Assembly (NCBI GenBank): GCA_951406725.2
Contig: OX597815.1
Span: 209,994,001-210,058,000, forward strand
DNA: 64,000 nt
From: Octopus vulgaris
Lineage: Eukaryota
Reading direction: 5' to 3'
The translations under genes and the position numbers were made by a program. Under the pieces are notes generated by a model. That model was not told the origin of the DNA and did not search any database. It saw only the letters and a list, made by a program, of their open reading frames with translations. Shown piece by piece: positions 55,234 through 64,000 of the stretch (within the stretch, counting starts at the first letter, position 1; each line of letters begins with the position of its first letter).

Positions 55234-55667
55234 GCACAGCTCATATATGTTTGATAGTGTGAGAAAGTGTGTATGTATTAAAACACTTGTTTACAAAGTA
55301 CATCCCGACTATATCCAGTATATAAATAAGCAAATCACAGCAGGGTGTGGCTGTTTGGTAAGAACTTTGCTTTTCAGTTACATGGTCCCGGGTTCAGTCT
55401 TACTGCATACAACCTTGCGTGCGTGTCTTTGTGTTTGTGTTTGTCCCACACGGCTCCTTGATAACCAGTGTTGATTTACTTAGGTCCCCGTAATTTGACG
55501 AATCGGCAAAAGTGTCGGTGTACCAGGTTTAACAATACCAGTACAAGACTTAACAACAAAAATAACTACTGAGATCGATTTTTCAAGTCATTATTCCAAA
55601 GGAATAAACTGGTGAAAAACAATGTAGTCTTCTCTTTGGGGAAATGAATTATTAACAAGGGAAAAAT

Positions 55668-55747
<80 letters not shown>

Positions 55748-55787
55748 GTATGTATATATATAGAGAGAGATACATACATACACACAC

Positions 55788-55826
<39 letters not shown>

Positions 55827-55859
55827 CACACACACACATATATATATATGTATATACAT

Positions 55860-55919
<60 letters not shown>

Positions 55920-56510
55920 TTGTATGTATGCGTGTGTGTTCGAATAGAATATGGCTAAAAGGTACGCAATATATTTAATGTGCAGAATCAATGTTCTTTT
56001 AAGTAGGTCAGTGTTTTCTCGATATTAGTGAAGAGTCCGTGTGTTTATTGCTGATAGAACCAATTAAGAAGATATTAGAAATATATCGGGAAGGCACACA
56101 GTAGGTGGAGAGCCTATTGGTTAGCAAATGGATAATGAATCCAAAGAGAATTATTCCTTTACTCATACCTACACAAGTATATGCATTCCTATACAAACAT
56201 ACATTGACGCACATACAAAGACAAACACTCACACACAAATATATGCACACAAACATACAGGCACGGTCATTATTAGAAATAACCTCAATATAAAAACATT
56301 ATTCATTTCAAGAAACAGAACAGTATTATACGCTCATTTATACATATATATCTATGTGTATGTGTATTTATGTAAACGTATGTATATGAATATATATGTG
56401 CACATATATATATGTGTGTGTTTGTGTGTATCATTTTATCGGTTATAAGTCTTCTCATCCTTACAGTAGTGCACACATACACATGTATATATAATATATA
56501 TATGTATATA

Positions 56511-56909
56511 TTCTTTTTTTTCTTTTATTCTTTTATTTGTTTCAGTCATTTGACTGCGGCCATGCTGGAGCACCGCATTTAATCGAGCAAATCGACCCCA
56601 GGACTTATTCTTTGTAAGCCCAGTACTTATTCTATCGGTTCTTTTGCCGAACCGCTAGGTGACGGGCACGTAAACACACCAGCATCGGTTGTCAAGCAAT
56701 GCTAGGGGGACAAACACACACACACACACATATATATACATATATACGACAGGCTTCTTTCAGTTTCCGTATACCAAATCCACTCACAAGGCTTTGGTCG
56801 GCCCGGGGCTATAGCAGAAGACACTTGCCCAAGATGCCTCACAGTGGGACTGAACCCGGAACCATGTGGTTGGTTAGCAAGCTACTTACCACACAGACAC
56901 ACCTGCGCC
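56511..56909 (-). mobile_element. SINE family B, full length
   Basis: Reverse-complement match to 25603-26018. Confidence 0.92.
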
Positions 56910-56977
56910 TATATATATATATGAATAAAAAAGGGAGTTAACGCAGGTGTAATCAAAACAAGGTAAAAATACACTGA

Positions 56978-57030
<53 letters not shown>

Positions 57031-57160
57031 ATAAAATATTTATGTACACATATGTATATATATATATATATGTCTGTGTGTGTGTGTGTGTGCGTATGTA
57101 TACAATGTACATACGTAGGGAGAGTGAGAAACAGAATGAGAGAGAGAGATTGAAGGATAG

Positions 57161-57211
<51 letters not shown>

Positions 57212-57416
57212 TTAATATCAGCAAAAATACCTTAAGAATGAGAACACATATCTGTACAATGTAAATAATGTACGGAATTTCTCATCTCTAAAATATAAAA
57301 CAACTTCACTATACGCACAGCTCGCACCTTGGATTCCAGTTTCCTCCAGGTAGGGTTGCACAACACATTCCGTGTCTTCATACACACACACACACACATA
57401 CACACAATTTTGATGG

Positions 57417-57532
57417 CTGGAGATCGAGGTTTGTTTTGAAGACGCCTACATCCACGTCATATAGGTCTCTCGGGCTTTGTAGGAGGATATTAAAAAGCTG
57501 TGGGTCCTTGAAACCCAAGCTGTTGCAGTTGT
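57417..57532 (-). pseudogene. CR1-like LINE 3' fragment
   Basis: [36 protein letters not shown]; same family as 20615-21332. Confidence 0.8.
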
Positions 57533-57644
57533 ATGTATATATATATATGCATACATGTATTATGTGTGTATGCATGTATGCATGTATGCCGGTATGTATC
57601 TATGTATGTATATGTGTATGCATATCTATCAATCTATCGACCTA

Positions 57645-57770
<126 letters not shown>

Positions 57771-57773
57771 TAC

Positions 57774-57854
<81 letters not shown>

Positions 57855-57883
57855 TGTATGTGTGTGTGTGTATATATATATAT

Positions 57884-58085
57884 TGGCACGAGACCGGTAA
57901 ATTTAGTGGTTGGAAATTAGTGGATTACATCGAACTAAGTTCTCAACTGGCACTTATCCTTCCGACCGCGCGTGAACGAAAGACAGTGTCTACCTCGTCG
58001 GAATTTGAACACAGAACGTGTAGACCGGAAGATGTGTTGCTAAGCAGTTTTGTCCTCCGTACTAAAGATTCTGGCAGCTCACGTT
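57884..58085 (-). mobile_element. SINE family A, highly diverged
   Basis: gtctacctcgtcggaatttgaacacagaacgt...gattctggcagctc. Confidence 0.65.
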
Positions 58086-58435
58086 ATTGGGAATCAACTG
58101 AAAACTCAGTACCTTTGGTAAAGTCATTATTTAATGCCAGTCTAGAACCTCGACTTACTCAAAATTTTATATCCTTGTCATTGGAAATTTCTCACACATT
58201 TATTGCGTCTAATATTTAGAAATGTGTCTAATGATATTGTGCCTCAAATAAACGTTAGTTTAACAAATTCGAAATATACACATGTAATTTCTACGTATAT
58301 TAATACTAACATGTACAGCTATACATACATACTCATTCAAACACAGGAAAAAATTTATCAAACAACTTACAGGCATTCACGCAGCCTACATTTTCTTCTG
58401 CACACACATATGGAATGATACACACATATACTGAT

Positions 58436-58514
<79 letters not shown>

Positions 58515-58544
58515 ATATATATATATATATGTATGTACATATAT

Positions 58545-58720
58545 GAATGTCTGAAATAATGCGACTAAAGATTATACGCGTTTGTTTGCTTCGAGTTTCA
58601 TGTCTGCAGGACATTCATCGGACAATGTTTTTATCAGCAAAAATTTTCCAAAGACTTTCTAAAATTTTGGCTTAATAAACACGGAGAACATAAGCCCAAA
58701 ATATATAATCTGTGGTTTCC
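58545..58720 (-). mobile_element. Penelope-like terminal fragment with hammerhead remnant (58571-58626)
   Basis: ATTGT-CCGATGA-ATGTC(ctgca)GACAT-GAAAC...GT-ATAAT; abuts (TA)n. Confidence 0.5.
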
Positions 58721-58793
58721 ATTGCTTTATGCGCATATAATTTTCACTACACTTCTATATTGCTTGCTATATTTTTGTTGCATATACATATGC

Positions 58794-58824
<31 letters not shown>

Positions 58825-58900
58825 CATACATATATATGTAATATATATATGTATATATATATATATACGTATGTATATCTATCTATCTATCATCTATCTA

Positions 58901-58937
<37 letters not shown>

Positions 58938-58949
58938 GAATGTATATCT

Positions 58950-58982
<33 letters not shown>

Positions 58983-59380
58983 CGTATATATGTACATCTA
59001 CACTCAAACACACACACACATGTGTGTGTGTTTATGTACCATGAATATATGAAAGAGAGTATACTAGAGAGATAAGGTAGGCAAAATTATACGTAACAAT
59101 GTAAAAATAGGTAGCCAGTAGCAGTGGTTAGAGTAGTTGATAAAAATTGTTGTAAGCCGGAAGCAAAGATATTATGAATATATAACCATAATCTAACAGC
59201 TGCACAAATGCATAAGTACTAGTATATCGTGGCATTTACTGAAATTCGTTTAATATTTTACCGATCCCTTGCAGAAGGTATTTTACTCCGTTTGCTTTTC
59301 AGTATGGAAGCAGGTAAGAAGATGATATTAAAATATATAATATAAAGTTGTTAAATATTTAATTGTCGGTATGAACATAT

Positions 59381-59800
59381 AAGGCGGAGAGCTGGCAGAA
59401 ACGTTAGCACGCCGGGCAAAATGCTTAGTCGTATTTCGTCTGCCGCTACGTTCTGAGTTCAAATTCCGCCGAGGTCGACTTTGCCTTTCATCCCTTTCGG
59501 GGTCGATAAATTAAGTACCAGTTACGCACTGGGGTCGATATAATCGACTTAATCCGTTTGTCTGTCCTTGTTTGTTCCCCCTGTGTTTAGCCCCTTGTGG
59601 GTTGTAAAGAAATAGGTATTTCGTCTGCCATTACGTTCTGAGTTCAAATTCCGCCGAGGTCGACTTTGCCTTTCATCCCTTTCGGGGTCGATAAATTAAG
59701 TACCAGTTACGCACTGGGGTCGATATAATCGACTTAATCTGCTTGTCTGTCCTTGTTTGTTCCCTCTGTGTTTAGCCCCTTGTGGGTAGTAAAGAAATAG
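59381..59800 (+). mobile_element. SINE family A, head + 2 bodies
   Basis: Junction gaaatag|gtatttcg at 59615/59616; TSD gtatgaacatat at 59369 and 59801. Confidence 0.93.
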
Positions 59801-61630
59801 GTATGAACATATAAATGCGCGAAAAAGTCATTTAAAGATCCTCTCGTCCATGTAGAACAAGAAACAAATGAGAAATTATTGTGACTTGAAGAAAAGGTTG
59901 TGATTCTTCGGTATTCAAATAACATTAATTATGCATCTTTGTTAACCTCTCCACCGAAATATATTACGGGGATGTAAAAAGTTGTGTCGTAGTTATACGC
60001 AATTAAACTACATTCTAATGTTTTTAGTGTTCTCATTTGATAACCTTTTTTTCTAGAAACATGTAATAAAACTTCTGATGAAGGTTTGTTTGAAATATTA
60101 ACGCAATTTTGTTTTTCTTTTAAAAAGTAAAAAGCATTCAAGCTGTTATCATCGATCCTGTTCCCAAGCATAATTGCATCTAGGACTATATCGTTTATTG
60201 TATCCTTCTTGTCAAGAAGTTATTTTATTAAGATGAGAGATATTTACTCATTAATTGTAGCTCGTTGAGGCTCCCTCGTGAAGTCGTCCATGCAGCTGAT
60301 TGAAACATTTGCAACATCATACTCGGTCGTGCTATTTCACGAGCAGTCTTTTATCTTTATCTTGTCAATTTACAAAGCCTAAAGTGTAACTACAGCTAGG
60401 AATGGACAGAAACCCTTTACGTTTATTGAATATTAGAAGCCATGTAAAAATATCTAATGACCTCAGAAGTTCAGAAAATTAGCTAAAGAAAGAAAAGCCT
60501 GGAGATAACAAATTATTGGCAGTAACATGATATCCGTGGCAACATGAGAGAAGGCCATGGAAGGAGAAGGGCGGAGAGGATAATGAGAAGGACAGCATCA
60601 TAAGGAAAACGACGATAGCCGCGATGATTACGATGATGGCAATAATTATAATGAGGATGAGGATGATGGTGGTAGTGATGATAAAAATATAAAGGAAACT
60701 ATGCTGATATCGATGGTCGGTATAAAGCTTTTGTTTTGCATGATTACAATATTTATGAGATAGATTCAATCATAGTATTTCAAATATTTATTTTATAGCA
60801 TATCGATGGAAGTAAGTCCGTGTGAAATATCTTAGGATTTATAGACAGGAATTAACCTGAGGACAGTTAGTTGAGCACATTACTACTTCTAACGCTTTTA
60901 TTATCTTTGGTATTAATAAACATATAGAACTGTGGACGAGTTCTTGTTAATGTAGTGCAGTACTATTTTCAGGTAATATATATGTGGAGCCTAGCATTAA
61001 CTGTTTCACTATAGCTAATTCATAAAACTTAGCTTTAAATTTATAAAAGTAGAAATTAACGGAAATCAAAATCAAAGTATTATACGTAAGAGAAACATAG
61101 CAAGACATAATAGTTTGATTTGAGAGCACGGAAGCAGAAAATTGTAGAAAAATGAAACAATATCAAGAGAATACGCTCGAGATAAACTTCGTTATTTGAA
61201 TGATTGACTTTTTGTAAAGCATGTGTCCTCGGATTCTCAATTCTAACTACGATTCCGTATAAAATTTTTAAAAAATGTATCTTGTTTGGACAATTGTATT
61301 AAGAATATCATATTCTGAAATAATGAGTGAAGTAAAAGAAAAGATTGCATTTAGAAGCATTTGGATAAAGTAGAAAAAAGAAAGTGATGAAAGTTTGTTC
61401 ACAAATGCTTGGTATTTGGTATTTAATGTCAAATTTTATTCATGAGACTAAATTTTCTTTATATTCCATATAACCATTTTATTTTTTCTTTAATTTCATA
61501 TTCCGAAAGAGATAGTTTGAAAGGTTTATTAATTTTAAAAATAACGATGTGTTTATTGCCGTAAGGAATTAGTTATGTACTAAGAAGACGTAAAAGACGA
61601 ATTCTGTTGTAATTCTGTTCTAATAATTGA

Positions 61631-62071
61631 AAGGCAGCGAGCTGGCAGAAACGTTAGCACGCAGGGTGAAATACTTAGCGTTATTTTGTGTGTTTACGTT
61701 CTGAGCTCAAATTCCGCCGAGGTCGACTTTACCTTTCATCCTTTCGCGGTCGATAAATTAAGTACCAGTAGCGTACTGGTGTCAATCTAATTGACTGGTC
61801 CCCACAAGAAATTTCTGGCCTTCTGCCTAGAGTAGAAAAGAATATTGATATAATTGAAAGCAACGACCTGGCAGAAAAGTTAGCACGCCGCGCAAAATGC
61901 TTAGATATATTTTGTCTGTCTTTACGTTCTGAGTTCAAATTCCGCCGAGGTCGACTTTGCCTTTTATACTTCCGGGGTCGGTAAATTAAGTACCATTTAC
62001 GTACTGGTGTTGATCTAATCGACTGGACCCCTCCCCCAAAATTTCGGGCCCTTGTGCCTAGAGTAGACAAG
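61631..62071 (+). mobile_element. Two tandem full copies of SINE family A (alternative-tail subfamily)
   Basis: Copies at 61631-61840 and 61858-62071, each followed by aatattgatataattga. Confidence 0.88.
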
Positions 62072-64000
62072 AATATTGATATAATTGATTGAATTAAACC
62101 TAATGGAGCCAAGAAAATTATTTCATACGAGAGTTGGAAAGCGAATCTTTTGAAGCAACCGGTAATCAACAGATCGCATTAAGTAACCTACAACCTAAAC
62201 ATTGTTGAAAAAACCTCATAAATAATGTTCAGTTTTCAATATCATAATATAAATCGCCTATTTCCTTCCTTCTTCAGACATGAAGATTGAGGACATTTCA
62301 AAAATTTATTTGTAGCATATCTACTAATTGCATACATTAGAAACTTGCAGTCCATCGATAATACCGCTATGATCACAACTGGCTGCAAGGAGTGCAAGGA
62401 TCTATCATTCCGTGTAAAATTGTTCCGCGCAATACTCGGTGTACACCAAATGTCAGCAAGATTAAATTATTGGTTGTATAATCGAAAGAATGTGCAATGT
62501 TTCGGCTCGATGGCCAGCTGATCTAGTTGGTTGGAAGATGCGATCCTTAGTCCTTATATCTACAGTAATTGTTACAATGCTAGAAGATCTGCAGCTGGTT
62601 GAGTTTGGATCACTCGACAATGAGCGACCAGAACAGCGTGTCGCATGTTATCTGTGCATCCCTTAATACAAAGACGTGATTGGTACGGTCACTGGTTACT
62701 TCAGCTGTTCTGATCATCTATGAGGCATAGCTGCAAATTATAAGGCAATGGTGCAAAGATGACAGCTATGAGCTGTAGGGCTGGCATTACGTACAACAGA
62801 TCACTGCAGGAACAGTGAGATCGCATAAGTTCTAGACGAGATAAATAATACTCTTAGACGAAAACAGTGCAAAAGTGGAAACTTAATCATTTTGTACATA
62901 TTTACTGTTATCCGGTCAATAGCATCGGACAAGTATATTATTTAGGGCAATCTTCGGTGTGGGTAACCACGTATGTTTATAACGTAAAATGACAAATGGG
63001 TAGCTAATCTACAAATCTCTCTGTGAAAGCTGTTCAGAACCGATTATAGTGGCATTCGTTTGTCAAAGATTTCACCAACTTTAGTTCGTGAGCCGATGTC
63101 CCAATGGAAAAGGTTTGATTTATTTAAAGTTATCAATGATGATTGTATACTTATCTCCATTGTATATTTATCTCCATTGATCCAAAATGTCTCGTTCCTA
63201 CGAGAACAGTTCAGGCAGGGTGTACAGTAGGTTTGTTCTCTAATGGTATCTGAATTTTATTCAAATTAGTCTAAGCAACATTCAAATACTAAGAAGGAAG
63301 AAACAACAATGGCCAAGAGATAGATATTCAGAAGTATCAAATGCGATACGTGAAAAATAGTAAGCAACGATTGCAAAATTAGATCTTTTGAAGTGGGTAA
63401 AATTACGGATAAAGATTTACGTTTTTACTGTTTAGATTTTGTGCTTGCGTTTATAAGCTATTGAACTAGTAATGTAGAATACCTACCGTAAATAACCGGA
63501 AGATTTGCACAGAAAACGTAATAAAAATTGATGTAAGAATGTAATTATTGTATATTTTCATGGGATGAGTTTTAACCTATTTTCTCGGTTTGGGAAATGA
63601 AATTCTATTTCTCTTTTCCTTTAATCATAGGTAAACACGATACTCCATGTGATACAAAATACTTTAAATCTACAGTTAATGAAAATATTTCGATTTAATT
63701 CCAAGGCTAGAATATAATATGTGAAAGAAAATATCTAAATAGTGAATGTCAACAAGTAATAACTTCTAGAAAGCTAAATAAATGTGGCTTATTTTTACAA
63801 ATAAAAAATAAACATGGAACATACAACATAAATGTAAATTATGAAATTGTTTATAAAATCATCCTAATATATCAAAATTGATAAATACCTGGCCCTAGAT
63901 AGATCTCAAAAGTTAAGCCATACTGCATATAGAGATAAAGCAAATTACAGCTCTATGCAACAATGATTTACTTACAGTTGCTCGTAACTTTATAAATACT

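Noticed and set aside
60075-60102. CTGATGA...GAAA motif
   Set aside because: Stems I and II are too weak.

Overview
AT-rich eukaryotic non-coding DNA, intronic or intergenic. The very dense (TA)n/(TACA)n/(CA)n/(TAA)n microsatellites and the tRNA-derived SINE families look like an octopus-type (coleoid cephalopod) genome; this is an inference. I found no intact protein-coding gene, host exon, rRNA or CRISPR array, and almost all long ORFs are microsatellite translations. Recognisable content: (i) five SINE families (my labels A-E) in many copies; (ii) decayed transposon coding relics (Penelope-like RT and GIY-YIG, a CR1-like LINE, R4/Dong-like, MULE, two Tc1/mariner, a piggyBac-type MITE); (iii) Penelope-like terminal-repeat pieces, mostly beside (TA)n tracts, several folded back and several carrying minimal type I hammerhead ribozyme motifs, one with an unusual A3-U8 core; (iv) a 5'-truncated tRNA-Glu(TTC) fused to a SINE. 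The most striking pattern is SINE family A. It forms head+(body)n arrays with a fixed junction, appears to prefer GTA-starting targets, and has inserted into the matching site of an older copy of itself. All alignments were done by eye, so coordinates of degenerate copies are approximate.
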